The notes beneath the pieces are model-generated. The model was not told the DNA's origin and searched no databases. It saw only the letters and a list, made by a program, of their open reading frames with translations. The position numbers and the translations under genes were made by a program. This document shows, in pieces, positions 41,088 to 51,526 of a stretch of 64,000 bases of DNA. The DNA is from Candidatus Saccharimonadales bacterium (GTDB lineage Bacteria > Patescibacteriota > Saccharimonadia > Saccharimonadales > JACDBH01). The DNA lies in NCBI GenBank assembly GCA_041752595.1, contig JBGSWE010000006.1, positions 2,259-66,258 on the forward strand, given 5' to 3'. Every line of letters starts with the position of its first letter. Positions within the stretch are counted from its first letter, which is position 1.

Positions 41088-42800
41088 CTATAGTGTTGGT
41101 TGGTTTGATGCGTGATTGCTTCTCCATGAACCAAACCCTGGATTCCAAACATGGAATTCAATTTTACCACTTCCTGAGCCTTTAAGACCAACAAGTACAC
41201 CTTCGTCTGTACCATTTCCATCTACATCAGCAAACACAACCTTACCATTTTCAGAGTTGACCTGGGGCATGTTTGAGGCAATATGGGACTGCCAAGACCA
41301 TTGTCCTGGATTCCAAACATGGAATTCAATTTTACCACTTCCAGTATTGTTCTTTGCGATTAATATTGCCTCATCATCATTGTCGCCGTCTAAATCTGCA
41401 AGTGCTACACTCATTACATTTTTAGATATAACTGGGTGGTTTGTGGCTATTTGATATATCCACTGCTGCATATTTGGGTTCCATCCATGGAGCTCAATCA
41501 TTCCACTACCAGTGCCTTCATACAAAACCAAGATAGCTTCGTCTTTGCGATCTCCGTTAAGGTCACCCATAATTATATCCGATTTAGTACTATCAACGAG
41601 TGATGCATTTGTGGCACTTTGTGATGCATATCTCTGCATATCTCTAGCCCAAATATGTGATTCTATTTTGTTAGTAGAAGTATTCTGTAAGCCAAAGAGT
41701 ATTGGTACGTCAGTTTCGCCACCATCTATGTTTCCGAACTCTATCTTTGAGCCGGCAGATATACCAGGCTGATTAGAAGCAATATGAGCTTTCCATGAAC
41801 CATATCCAGGATTCCATATGTGTGATTCAACACATCCACTTCCAGAACCAGAATTAATCATAAAGGTAGCAAGGTCTTGTCTGGAATCGTACTTACGGAA
41901 TTGAACGTCAACGGATACGCTCTCGTTTCCTCCATAACATATACCTGTTCTTGTAGAGCCAAACCATAGCTCAAAAAATCTCACAAAGTTATAACTACCC
42001 GTATAATATCGTCCAGTTGTTCCATAAGCAGGTAATCCAAATAATCCGCTGGGATTATTGTATGTATGCGGTGTATAGCAGTACAGAGACGACGTAGCCG
42101 CATTAGCAATAAAATGGGTTCTATATAGAACATTGTCCTGGTCGTAGAATCTTACGTTCTGACCCGGATACAAATTAGGCTTGTAGTAATTTTTTTCAGT
42201 TCCACACGTCCAACTTGTGCTGGTATACCACCAGCTATTATTACCCCGGGCACGTTCATAATGAAATCTTAGCACCCATGTACCATTATCAATTTGATAG
42301 AAAAAGCTCGATGAAGATTCACAATCACCGCTAGTAGGACACGCATAACCCATTGCTTGGTTGAGCTGCCATGAAGTAGGGTTAGAAGCAGTAGTAAGAC
42401 TTTGCTCCTTTTGCATTGTGGCTAAAATGACCTGAGGATTAATGCCATAGATTTGTGATGCATAAAAAATAATATGCGACGCAGGTATTGAGCTGCCGCA
42501 TGGAGCTCCAATTGATTGGTATATCGCTTTTGCTTGAGTGCCGGCTAGGTCACAATCAATAACGAAACTCAAATTAGCTAGTCCCGCACCCTTACCAGAT
42601 AGAAAACTCTGTATACCTTCCTTTGTCATCGAGTTAGAGTTTAGAAAAATGCTATTATCAATTATCCGACCCCCATCTTGAGCAGCACTGACTTGCTGAT
42701 TACTTAAAAAGGAGGTAAATATAGTCAAAACAAAAACTAATATTGTAAGTATAAGGAGTTTATTTTTCATGTCCATGTTAATACTATTACGAAAAGTCAT
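41088..42800 (-). CDS. secreted protein: N-terminal domain of unknown function plus about 5 FG-GAP/VCBS-like repeats
   Basis: Signal/anchor segment. The N-domain contains GINPQVILATMQKEQSL. The C-terminus carries repeats of the type DLDGDNDDEAILIAKNNTGSGKIEFHVWNPGQWSWQSHIASN. Confidence 0.55.
   Translation of the reverse strand: MTFRNSINMDMKNKLLILTILVFVLTIFTSFLSNQQVSAAQDGGRIIDNSIFLNSNSMTKEGIQSFLSGKGAGLANLSFVIDCDLAGTQAKAIYQSIGAPCGSSIPASHIIFYASQIYGINPQVILATMQKEQSLTTASNPTSWQLNQAMGYACPTSGDCESSSSFFYQIDNGTWVLRFHYERARGNNSWWYTSTSWTCGTEKNYYKPNLYPGQNVRFYDQDNVLYRTHFIANAATSSLYCYTPHTYNNPSGLFGLPAYGTTGRYYTGSYNFVRFFELWFGSTRTGICYGGNESVSVDVQFRKYDSRQDLATFMINSGSGSGCVESHIWNPGYGSWKAHIASNQPGISAGSKIEFGNIDGGETDVPILFGLQNTSTNKIESHIWARDMQRYASQSATNASLVDSTKSDIIMGDLNGDRKDEAILVLYEGTGSGMIELHGWNPNMQQWIYQIATNHPVISKNVMSVALADLDGDNDDEAILIAKNNTGSGKIEFHVWNPGQWSWQSHIASNMPQVNSENGKVVFADVDGNGTDEGVLVGLKGSGSGKIEFHVWNPGFGSWRSNHASNQPTL
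41137..41342. repeat. 38-bp perfect direct repeat inside the FG-GAP repeat gene
   Basis: cctggattccaaacatggaattcaattttaccacttcc at 41137-41174 and 41305-41342 (168-bp spacing, one protein repeat). Confidence 0.9.
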
Positions 42801-42802
42801 AA

Positions 42803-43399
42803 CTAAAACCTTATTTGTATTTCAGTGTTACTAAATTCACTACCATCTGGCATTGTACCAAAAACATCGAGCCTGCCCTCAGTAGCAGAGGTTGAGTAGT
42901 TGACTCTCCCAGCAAACTTTCCCGAAACTACGTTAAGTTGCCCTTGAGTAATTACCCCACTGACGTTATCAATTAGGCGATAAGATACAGTCGTTAAAGA
43001 ACTTGTTCCACTAATTTCAGTCCCATTACTAAGGCTTTGGCCATTGAAAGGGCTGTGTACTACAATTTCTCCCGTAGAAGAAGCTGTCCATTTTGCAGAA
43101 TCGTCTTGAGTAGTAGCGTCGCCTTCAAGGTCTTCGACACTGCCTGTTCCTTCATTTTCACTGAAAGTATTACCCGGTTCACGCATGTCACCATTACTAA
43201 ATTCTTCTTGTGCACTGGGAGCGGTACTTGTTGTTTTATCAATCGTATCGTTAATAGTTGGTTCTTTTTTATAAAAATTTATAACTTTTGTTTTTTCTAG
43301 AGCGAATAGAACACCTGCGATTATAAGTAGTAAAAGCAAACTAAAAAGGATGATTTTTTTAGTAGTGATTTTTTTCTTCTTAAATCGTGACTTTGCCAT
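42803..43399 (-). CDS. membrane-anchored protein with Gmad2-type Ig-like domain
   Basis: N-terminal TM, then IVVHSPFNGQSLSNGTEISGTS...VSYRLIDNVSGVITQGQL...GKFAGRVNY...GRLDVFGTMPDGS. Confidence 0.5.
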   Translation of the reverse strand: MAKSRFKKKKITTKKIILFSLLLLLIIAGVLFALEKTKVINFYKKEPTINDTIDKTTSTAPSAQEEFSNGDMREPGNTFSENEGTGSVEDLEGDATTQDDSAKWTASSTGEIVVHSPFNGQSLSNGTEISGTSSLTTVSYRLIDNVSGVITQGQLNVVSGKFAGRVNYSTSATEGRLDVFGTMPDGSEFSNTEIQIRF

Positions 43400-43535
43400 A
43401 GACTAATTTTATATTTTTATTTTGTTAATAGGTACTTTAACCATAACCTAAATTGAATATTAATACAATAGAATATAGGAGTTATTTGGCCTTAATAAAA
43501 TAAATAAGATTTATAACTTCATTGATATTGAACTA

Positions 43536-45245
43536 TTAGTGTAGCCATTTCGGTAGTCGTTCTTTATAGGTTAGGTATATTAATATGTTTGATATTAGGT
43601 ATAGTGTAACCATAATCACTACTCCTAAGCTGCTTTGTAAATCATTAAACCAAAGCTCTTCTTTAAAATTATAGCTATATAACGCAACTATTAATAAATG
43701 AATGCCATTGGCCACGATCACTATAAAAATCCAAAAAAAATGTTTTAAACGAGTTAAATAATAAACTCCAAACGCACTGAGGAGCACAATACTTGCTTGA
43801 GCAAAATGAAACGATGCAATCGCTCGCGATCCACGCCACCCAACAATAAGAGCAGCTAAAATAATTGGTACAAAAATGAGCACCATCATTCCTTTCCTTC
43901 TTCTTTCTTTGATTAGGCCAAGAATTGTTGGAATGAATAACCCCAATCCCAACGAACCTGGAATTGAGAATAGTCCAACAGCCCATATTCTTCTCATAAT
44001 ATCTTGGCCTCCGCTATAGATTAAGTCATAAGGAGTAAAGTAGTAAAATAGAGTATCAAAACGAATAGAGATTATCTCAACTGGTGAAGTTTGTAAAAAC
44101 TCATTTATTATTTCGCTTTTCTGACTTGGTTGCGGGAGGCCACGAAGAGACAGTGGGTATAGTATAAAACTACTCGGTTTTTTATAAATTACAGTTGAAG
44201 CAATTAACCAAGGTAATGCCATTAATGCACTTAATCCTCCAAACAAAAGCGTATCCCTAAATCTCTTACGAAATAGTAAGAATAAAACACTTGCAGCAAT
44301 ATATAGCATCGCAAGGTCATGAGTGTAATAAGCAAGCCCACCAACTACTCCAGCTAAAATGGTGTATCGAAGACGATTTTTTATTAGCAGAATCCACATA
44401 GTTAGTACAAAAAAGGCAACTAGCGACTTTGGCCAACTGAAAAAGGAGTTATACAGAAAGAACTGGCTCGAAATAAGTAACAAACAAGTTATTATTGCCG
44501 ATTTTTTATTGAAAATTAAAGCAATTAAATAAAATGCAGGCAATATAAAGAGTGCATTTAAAATATGCGAAAGAATTTGAAACTTTATGTATGTATAGTT
44601 TTCATCATTTGAGCTACTGTCCCATAAATAGGCTACTGGAAGATTGTCGCCGATTATGGTGAAATAACTTGCCGCAACCGATCCCATTAACGGTGTCCGC
44701 TGGAAAAAGTGAACACCCCACTCGTCAATGAAAGAATCTTTTGCAGGATCTGATCTATTAACAATAAACTGAGCCTGACGATATGGAACATAATTATCGT
44801 TTGCATTTGTTTTTGCTAGATTTAAAATCTTTACATTAAACACTTCATAATTTCTGCCCGACAAAGGAACAGGGTCGGGAATTTGTGAGCTATAATTACC
44901 ATCAAATTTTAACCCTACGAAAGTACATGTAAAAATAGTCATTAAAAAAAAGATAATCAAAGGAAATCTAAAGGAAAATAATTCCTTGAAAAGACTTTGT
45001 CTTATAAATAATGCAACACCTAAAATGATTGCAGTGCAACCTATTAGTTGTAAGGTCGCGGAACTTACATTAAATACATAACCAGTAATTGAAAGTATGC
45101 TCAAAAAGCCTATGCTAAAAACATAGGAAAATATAAGCATCAAGCCCCTTTGCTTCTTAAATAAATTACTATTTTTTGATACTACAAATCCTGGTATAAG
45201 AAGAGACACATGTATAAACAAAAAAAATAACAGAAGCTGTATCAT
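43536..45245 (-). CDS. polytopic membrane protein, possible GT-C-type (ArnT/PMT-like) glycosyltransferase
   Basis: More than 12 hydrophobic helices with one large loop. It neighbours a polyprenyl-phosphate GT2 gene. No diagnostic motif seen. Confidence 0.35.
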   Translation of the reverse strand: MIQLLLFFLFIHVSLLIPGFVVSKNSNLFKKQRGLMLIFSYVFSIGFLSILSITGYVFNVSSATLQLIGCTAIILGVALFIRQSLFKELFSFRFPLIIFFLMTIFTCTFVGLKFDGNYSSQIPDPVPLSGRNYEVFNVKILNLAKTNANDNYVPYRQAQFIVNRSDPAKDSFIDEWGVHFFQRTPLMGSVAASYFTIIGDNLPVAYLWDSSSNDENYTYIKFQILSHILNALFILPAFYLIALIFNKKSAIITCLLLISSQFFLYNSFFSWPKSLVAFFVLTMWILLIKNRLRYTILAGVVGGLAYYTHDLAMLYIAASVLFLLFRKRFRDTLLFGGLSALMALPWLIASTVIYKKPSSFILYPLSLRGLPQPSQKSEIINEFLQTSPVEIISIRFDTLFYYFTPYDLIYSGGQDIMRRIWAVGLFSIPGSLGLGLFIPTILGLIKERRRKGMMVLIFVPIILAALIVGWRGSRAIASFHFAQASIVLLSAFGVYYLTRLKHFFWIFIVIVANGIHLLIVALYSYNFKEELWFNDLQSSLGVVIMVTLYLISNILIYLTYKERLPKWLH

Positions 45246-45354
45246 TGTTAATTTTTATTGTAACAGACGTAAATAGTTTGTTAGTAAATTAAGTGAAATA
45301 TAATTATCAACAATATTCTTTAATAAATTAGGAAAACAATAATAAAATCTATAA

Positions 45355-46101
45355 CTATAGTTCATTTAATTTCTTTCTATAGTCACCACGTGATAACCAT
45401 TTTTCTAATAAACAATACAAAATAATATAAAAATATCGGCTACCCATCTCTTTGATCTTCAAATTAGATGTGCCTGCCTTTCGGTTAGTCCAATAGTTTG
45501 GGACAACAGCATAGGTATAGCCACGCACAATGGTTTTTAGGGGTAACTCTACTGTTAGGTTAAAGTGATGACTAAGGAATGGTTTGAGACCCTCGAGAGT
45601 ATCTTTTTTGTATAACTTGAATGCATTGGTTGTGTCGTTGTAGCGAATACCAAACAAAATTCTAATTAGCGTATTTGTGAATCTGTTTAAAAATATCTTA
45701 TTCTTAGGGTAATCAATGGTTTTCCCACCTTTGATAAACCTTGAGCCAAAAACAGCATCGTAATGACCTTGTTGCATTTTGCGGTAGTATTTGACCAAAT
45801 CAACAGGTCTATCAGACATGTCAGCCATTACAATTGCAACGCAGTCTCCAGTAAAATGCTCTAAGCCGTTACGAACATTGAATCCAAAACCATGAGGCGG
45901 CACATTATTCACATAACGAACTTCCTTAATCTGCTTAGTGAGACGCTTCAGAATTTCTTCTGTGCCATCCTTACTACTGTCGTTGCTTATTAGTATCTCG
46001 TGAGGTATTTTTTCTTTCGCAAGCTGTTTATGAAATGCTAAGACTGTTTCTTCTATAGACTCTTCTTCGTTATATGCGGGTATTACAAGCGATAATTTCA
46101 T
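45355..46101 (-). CDS. GT2 polyprenyl-phosphate glycosyltransferase (GtrB/ArnC/DPM1-like)
   Basis: LSLVIPAYNEEESIEETV...ILISNDSSKDGT...AIVMADMSD. The 248-aa size matches the lipid-phosphate sugar transferase subgroup. Confidence 0.7.
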   Translation of the reverse strand: MKLSLVIPAYNEEESIEETVLAFHKQLAKEKIPHEILISNDSSKDGTEEILKRLTKQIKEVRYVNNVPPHGFGFNVRNGLEHFTGDCVAIVMADMSDRPVDLVKYYRKMQQGHYDAVFGSRFIKGGKTIDYPKNKIFLNRFTNTLIRILFGIRYNDTTNAFKLYKKDTLEGLKPFLSHHFNLTVELPLKTIVRGYTYAVVPNYWTNRKAGTSNLKIKEMGSRYFYIILYCLLEKWLSRGDYRKKLNEL

Positions 46102-46116
46102 TATAAGGTCCTTAAA

Positions 46117-47184
46117 TTATGACAGAATTGATTCAAGTTGGGTTTCGTTATCACGGATCCATTCGTATATTTCCTGAACTGTGTCTTTAGCATCTTTTTG
46201 CCAGCTAAGACCAGATTTATCTAAAAACCTAGTGCTATCTGTTATAAAGAATCTAAGATCGGCCGGACGGTCTTCTTTAACAGAAGCAATCTCAATTTTG
46301 TTGCCCGTAATTTCTTCACATAACTTAGTTAGTTCCTTTAGTGAAACGCTGTTTTTTAACCCGCCCCCAATGTTGTAAACCTGATCTGTATAATTATCAA
46401 AATTCTGGAGCTGATGCTTAATTGATTGATAAAGGTCTTCAATATGAATAAAGTCTCGTACTTGTTTGCCCTCTCCGCCATAACCTATGTAGCTAAGCGA
46501 CTTTTTGAAATAATGCTTTGCAACCCATAGTACAAATACGCCCTGGTCTATCTTGCCCATTTGCCATGGTCCTGTAATAACACCGCAACGGTCAATAATT
46601 GTCTTCATGCCGTATGTGTCGGCATATTCTTGGATAACTAATTCTGATGCAAGTTTAGTAACACCATATAAAGAGCGAGGTTTATCTAGTGGAAATTGCT
46701 CACTTATTCCTTCGGCCGAAGCTCCAGGAGTTGTTTGCTGATCGGTGATGTCAAAACGGTTTTCGCTCTCAGTGAAATCGAGCTCGTTAATATATGAGAT
46801 TGGGTAGACTCGACTAGTTGATAGGAATAGAAACTTTGCATCAAGCGAACGAGCAAATTCGAGGCAGTTCAAAGTTGCAACCAAGTTTGTGTTTAGCAGA
46901 TACTCAGGCGAAGATCCAATACCTGCAAGTACAGAAGGTTCGGCAGAGCATTCAATAATTAAATCAAATGACTCAGGTGGAAAATCTTCTTTGTTACGTA
47001 TATCGCCGTGTAAAAACTCAATACCCGCTGCTTTAAAACGGGGTATAGATAGCTCCGAGCCACGACGTTTTAGATTATCCATACAGGTGATCTGTAGGTC
47101 GGGATAATCGGCCTTTAATTTAAGGGCTAGATTAGAACCAACAAAACCCGCACCTCCAGTTATAAGGATAGTTTTAAAATTCAC
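46117..47184 (-). CDS. NAD-dependent epimerase/dehydratase (extended SDR)
   Basis: GTG start sharing one base with the upstream TAG. ILITGGAGFVGSNLA, YGVTKLASE (YxxxK), GGEGKQVRDFIHIEDL. Confidence 0.75.
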   Translation of the reverse strand: MNFKTILITGGAGFVGSNLALKLKADYPDLQITCMDNLKRRGSELSIPRFKAAGIEFLHGDIRNKEDFPPESFDLIIECSAEPSVLAGIGSSPEYLLNTNLVATLNCLEFARSLDAKFLFLSTSRVYPISYINELDFTESENRFDITDQQTTPGASAEGISEQFPLDKPRSLYGVTKLASELVIQEYADTYGMKTIIDRCGVITGPWQMGKIDQGVFVLWVAKHYFKKSLSYIGYGGEGKQVRDFIHIEDLYQSIKHQLQNFDNYTDQVYNIGGGLKNSVSLKELTKLCEEITGNKIEIASVKEDRPADLRFFITDSTRFLDKSGLSWQKDAKDTVQEIYEWIRDNETQLESILS

Positions 47185-48398
47185 TATGCTTCGCCAGTAG
47201 GATTTAGTGCTTGTTCGTCAATTTCTGTTGCTTGTTGCTCAAGAAGGTTTGCAAGCTCCCTGAGCTCTTGTGCGCGAGCACGAGTTTCACTTGCAATTGA
47301 AGAGACTAAAGAATTCGTTGGTTTAGCGGGTAAATGAAGCATTCGCTTGCTAGTAACCTCAACTGCGCCACACATTTCTTTAAGTATGTCGTTAATATCA
47401 TATTCAAACTCCCAGTCAGGGTAATGTTCCTTGAATTTAGAGACATCAGAAACGTACCACATGTGGTCGCCAATGCGGTTTTCATCACTAAGTTCATAAT
47501 TGGCTTTTCGATCCAAAAGTATTTCAATCTTTTCTATAGCTTCAAGCATTGAAATGTTGGAGTTACGAGCTCCGCCAATATTATATACTTCACCCATGCG
47601 TGGATTCTGGTAGAAGTGCCAAAAAGCATTAACTAAGTCATGCGAATGTATATTATCTCTAACCTGCTTACCTTTATAACCAAAAATAGTGTATTTTTTG
47701 CCACTAGCGATACATTTTATGAGATAAGCCAAGAATCCATGTAATTCTGCACCAGAATGAGAGGGACCAGTTAAACACCCACCCCTAAACACTGCAGTTT
47801 TAAAGCCGAAGTATTTTCCATACTCCTGAACCATAACATCAGCCGCAACTTTAGACGCACCAAAAATAGAATGCTTTGTATTATCAATACTCATACTCTC
47901 ATCAATGCCTGTAAAGAAATGGTGGTCTTCAGTAAGCTCCCAGCGTTTATCAAGTTCGACCAAGGGGAGACTGTTAGGGGTATCGCCATACACCTTATTT
48001 GTTGAAGTAAAGATAAAAACCGCGTCAGGGCAATGTTGGCGCATATTTTCAAGCATTACTAAGGTACCGGTAGCATTAACGCTAAAATCAGTAAAAGGTT
48101 CTTTAGCGGCCCAATCATGTGAAGGCTGTGCAGCGGTGTGAATAATGATGTCGAATTTATGCTTCTTAAATATTTTAGATATTGCTTCATTATCGCGAAT
48201 ATCTGCTGCATAGTGCGTATAAGATGAGCCTAATTCTTTGGTTACTTTCTTTTTGTTCCATTCAGTACTGGCTTCTTCACCAAAGAAATAACTGCGCATA
48301 TCGTTATCGATACCGACAATGTCAAAACCTTTTTGAGCGAAGAATTTTGCTGCTTCTGAGCCAATCAAACCTGCAGAACCAGTAATTAGTGCTTTCAT
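47184..48398 (-). CDS. NAD-dependent epimerase/dehydratase with about 60-aa coiled C-terminal extension
   Basis: [24 protein letters not shown] (YxxxK-equivalent context), [15 protein letters not shown]. Confidence 0.7.
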   Translation of the reverse strand: MKALITGSAGLIGSEAAKFFAQKGFDIVGIDNDMRSYFFGEEASTEWNKKKVTKELGSSYTHYAADIRDNEAISKIFKKHKFDIIIHTAAQPSHDWAAKEPFTDFSVNATGTLVMLENMRQHCPDAVFIFTSTNKVYGDTPNSLPLVELDKRWELTEDHHFFTGIDESMSIDNTKHSIFGASKVAADVMVQEYGKYFGFKTAVFRGGCLTGPSHSGAELHGFLAYLIKCIASGKKYTIFGYKGKQVRDNIHSHDLVNAFWHFYQNPRMGEVYNIGGARNSNISMLEAIEKIEILLDRKANYELSDENRIGDHMWYVSDVSKFKEHYPDWEFEYDINDILKEMCGAVEVTSKRMLHLPAKPTNSLVSSIASETRARAQELRELANLLEQQATEIDEQALNPTGEA

Positions 48399-48557
48399 AT
48401 AACTCCCGAATTAGTATGTATATAGCTCAGTACAGTATAAATTTACAGATCACTCACGTCAAACTGTTGCTAAAAATTACTACATAACTAAATTGAATGT
48501 ATGAAAAAAATAGATTAAAATAGGTATAATAAATGCGTTTGTTCTAAGGAGCTTTGA

Positions 48558-49883
48558 ATGAAAGTTGCGATTGTTGGTACTGGTTATGTTGGGCTACCAA
48601 CAGCGGTAAGCTTTGCAGAGCACGGTAACGATGTTACTTGTATAGACGTCGACGAGAAAAAGATTGACCAACTAAATAGGGGAATTCCTACCATTCATGA
48701 ATATGGTCTGCCAGAGGCATTAAGGCAAAGGGTTGAGGCGGGTAACCTGCATTTTACAACTGATTACAGAGAAGGTTTAGTTGGAGCTGCAGCTGTTTTC
48801 TGTGCTGTTGGTACCCCTGAAACAGCCGACGGTTCGCCGGATATGAAGTATGTATATGGAGTTGCCGAAAAAGTAGGAAAAACTGTAACAGAATCAATTG
48901 TGTTTATAACTAAAAGTACTGTGCCCGTAGGTACTGCTCGAGAAGTAGGCAGGATAACAGCGTCAGTTACTGATATAGAGATTCCTGTTGTTTCTAATCC
49001 AGAGTTTATGGCTGAGGGAAGTGCTCTAGAAGATGTTAGACACCCTTCAAGAATTGTTATCGGAACTGACTCAGATGAAGCTCGTGAAGTAATGCTTGAA
49101 CTATATAGACCATATGTAAGAAACGGCTATCCTATACGTGTTATGAGTCCAGAGTCCGCAGAACTAACAAAATATATGTCTAATGGATTTTTGGCTAACA
49201 AAACATCATTTATGAATGAGGGCGCTACACTTGCTCGTTTGCTTGGTGCTGATTTTGAAGATGTTCGACGAGCAATGGGGGATGATCCTCGTATAGGTAA
49301 TAAGAATATGTATGTTGGCCCAGGTTGGGGTGGTAGTTGTTTTCCAAAAGACAGCCAATCACTTGTTTGGCAAGCTAGGCGACTTGGTTTTGATTTTAAA
49401 ACTATGCGTGCAGCCGATGAGGCAAATGATATAAAAATGATGGAAGCACCAAGTCGAGTACTAGAATATTTTGGTGGAGATATAAGGGGCAAAAAAGTTG
49501 CACTATGGGGTCTGGCATTTAAGAAAAATACTGATGATATGCGAGTTTCGCCGGCGGTAGAGATTTTGAATAAATTACTCGAAGAAGGTGCAATTGTTTC
49601 AGCGTTTGATCCTGCCGCTATGGATAATGCCCAACAAGCATACCAAGGGGATGATAGAGTAACGTTTAGTAAGAGTAAGTACGATGTGCTAGAAGGTGCT
49701 GATGCATTAGTTATTGCAACAGACTGGGAAGAGTTTACTAACCCTGATGTGGGTGAAATGAAGATTAGAATGGAATCCCCAGTAATATTTGACTGGAGAA
49801 ACCTTATTGATCCTGAGCTTATGCGCAAGCATAATGTCTATTATGAATCTAATGGTCGTCCAGTAGTTGTACCAAATGCCTAA
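48558..49883 (+). CDS. ugd: UDP-glucose 6-dehydrogenase
   Basis: MKVAIVGTGYVGL, NPEFMAEGSAL, GWGGSCFPKD (catalytic Cys). Confidence 0.9.
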   Translation: MKVAIVGTGYVGLPTAVSFAEHGNDVTCIDVDEKKIDQLNRGIPTIHEYGLPEALRQRVEAGNLHFTTDYREGLVGAAAVFCAVGTPETADGSPDMKYVYGVAEKVGKTVTESIVFITKSTVPVGTAREVGRITASVTDIEIPVVSNPEFMAEGSALEDVRHPSRIVIGTDSDEAREVMLELYRPYVRNGYPIRVMSPESAELTKYMSNGFLANKTSFMNEGATLARLLGADFEDVRRAMGDDPRIGNKNMYVGPGWGGSCFPKDSQSLVWQARRLGFDFKTMRAADEANDIKMMEAPSRVLEYFGGDIRGKKVALWGLAFKKNTDDMRVSPAVEILNKLLEEGAIVSAFDPAAMDNAQQAYQGDDRVTFSKSKYDVLEGADALVIATDWEEFTNPDVGEMKIRMESPVIFDWRNLIDPELMRKHNVYYESNGRPVVVPNA

Positions 49884-50739
49884 AATAATCTTGGTTACGG
49901 GTGGGGCAGGTCATGTCGGCTCACATATAATTGAACAATTGCTTAAAGATAGTGAAAATAAAGTTATATCTCTCGATAACTATTTTACTGGTACTAAATA
50001 CAACCATATTAAGGGGGCTGAATATCGTAAGGGACACACCAAAGATATAGATAAGTTAATCCCAGAAACACCAGACGTAATTTATCACTTAGGTGAGTAT
50101 GCTCGGATTGCTCCGTCATTTGATGACGTTGAGCAAGTATATGACATGAATATTCTCGGTACATTTGCAGTATTAGAATTTTGTCGTCAGCGTAAAGTGG
50201 GGAAGTTAGTTTATTCGGCATCAAGCACCAAATTTGCAATAGAGGGCAATGGCCGTCACCAGAACCCTTATTCATTTTCTAAAGCAACGAATGTTGATTT
50301 AGTTAATAATTATGGTGATTGGTATGGATTACCTTATGCAATTTGCTACTTTTATAATGCATTTGGACCAAGAGAAAAAGGCGATGGAAAGTACGCTACA
50401 CTTATAGCTAAATTCCAAAAACAATATTTAGAAGGCGAACCATTTACAATAGTTAAACCTGGTACACAAAAGCGAAACTTTACTTACGTTGGTGACCTAG
50501 CTCGGGGAATTATTTTGGTTGGAGAAAAGGGTAATGGCGATGGCTATGCTCTTAATAACACAAAAGGATTTTCTATACTCGAGATCGCTAAAGCATTCGG
50601 CGGTGAAATAAAGTATATAGAAGGTTACCCTGGCAGGAGTGAATCGGGCGATTCCCCGACAAAAGCCCGTGAAGAGTTGGGTTGGGAAACCACCGTAGAA
50701 GTAATCGATTACATAAAAGAATTTATCAAAAATACTTAA
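49876..50739 (+). CDS. NAD-dependent epimerase/dehydratase (UDP-glucuronate decarboxylase-like)
   Basis: ILVTGGAGHVGSHI, YSFSKATNV (YxxxK), GTQKRNFTYVGDL. It directly follows ugd. Confidence 0.65.
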   Translation: MPKIILVTGGAGHVGSHIIEQLLKDSENKVISLDNYFTGTKYNHIKGAEYRKGHTKDIDKLIPETPDVIYHLGEYARIAPSFDDVEQVYDMNILGTFAVLEFCRQRKVGKLVYSASSTKFAIEGNGRHQNPYSFSKATNVDLVNNYGDWYGLPYAICYFYNAFGPREKGDGKYATLIAKFQKQYLEGEPFTIVKPGTQKRNFTYVGDLARGIILVGEKGNGDGYALNNTKGFSILEIAKAFGGEIKYIEGYPGRSESGDSPTKAREELGWETTVEVIDYIKEFIKNT

Positions 50740-51254
50740 TCACGCGGCTCAACTACGGCAGCCATTTGATGTTTTCCATCTCCTACTCTAAAAAATTCAA
50801 TCACTCTAAAGCCAGCAAATTCAAGCATTTCAATGAACTCAGATGGAGTATATTGCTTACAATGGTACATAGGTAAAGGATTACTTTTTGCTCCTGGAGA
50901 AGCGGTTGGAATATTTTTGTAGTTTTGATAACGAGTCCAAGGGTGATTATCCATAGTAGGCCACTCCCTATCATCGGGAGTAGAAATTATGGCTACATTA
51001 CAGTGTGTCTTTATCCATTTAAGTAACGGGAGTGGTGACCATAGTAAATGCTCTATAGTTTCAATAAAGTAGCAAACATCGTAATGCTTTTCTGGCAGCA
51101 CCCAACCAGCGCTGTCTATATTTGCCTTATGAAAAATTACATTTTTAGGCTTCCAGGCGGGTAAATAGGATTTATGATCTACGCAAGTAACTGAGTTGAA
51201 AAAACGAGACATTCCAATTTCTAATGCACCTTGAAAACTACCAATTCCTATCAT
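50736..51254 (-). CDS. methyltransferase-like protein (SAM-MTase fold suspected)
   Basis: IGIGSFQGALEIG...VTCVD...VCYFIETIEHL...AIISTP follows the class I methyltransferase block order. Confidence 0.4.
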   Translation of the reverse strand: MIGIGSFQGALEIGMSRFFNSVTCVDHKSYLPAWKPKNVIFHKANIDSAGWVLPEKHYDVCYFIETIEHLLWSPLPLLKWIKTHCNVAIISTPDDREWPTMDNHPWTRYQNYKNIPTASPGAKSNPLPMYHCKQYTPSEFIEMLEFAGFRVIEFFRVGDGKHQMAAVVEPRD

Positions 51255-51526
51255 TTGATCAGCTTCTTTAGGTATATAGGACCAGGTTCTTTCGATATAT
51301 CACTATTCCATGTATGTTGAAGGTCGGAATATTCTGCATCGCTGCTTTTGTTTTCTTTTGTTATTTTGTTTGTGGCTGTAGCAAGGTATTCTAGGGCTTT
51401 TGCTTTAGTAACATTTTCTCGGTTTTTATTAGTATGAGCTTGTTTTTTTATAGACTTAGTTTTTATGACTGCCTTTCTACCTATATTTTTCAGCTTTTGT
51501 ACACTACTCATTCCACTACTCCTCAA
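51251..51526 (-). CDS. hypothetical Lys-rich protein (91 aa)
   Basis: ORF only. ATGA overlaps at both ends place it in the operon. Confidence 0.3.
   Translation of the reverse strand: MRSSGMSSVQKLKNIGRKAVIKTKSIKKQAHTNKNRENVTKAKALEYLATATNKITKENKSSDAEYSDLQHTWNSDISKEPGPIYLKKLIK

Noticed and set aside
41088-42800. Diversity-generating retroelement target, suggested by the near-identical repeats in a secreted protein of a CPR-like genome.
   Set aside because: There is no reverse transcriptase or template repeat in the window. The differences between repeats are not adenine-specific. Ordinary tandem domain duplication explains the pattern.
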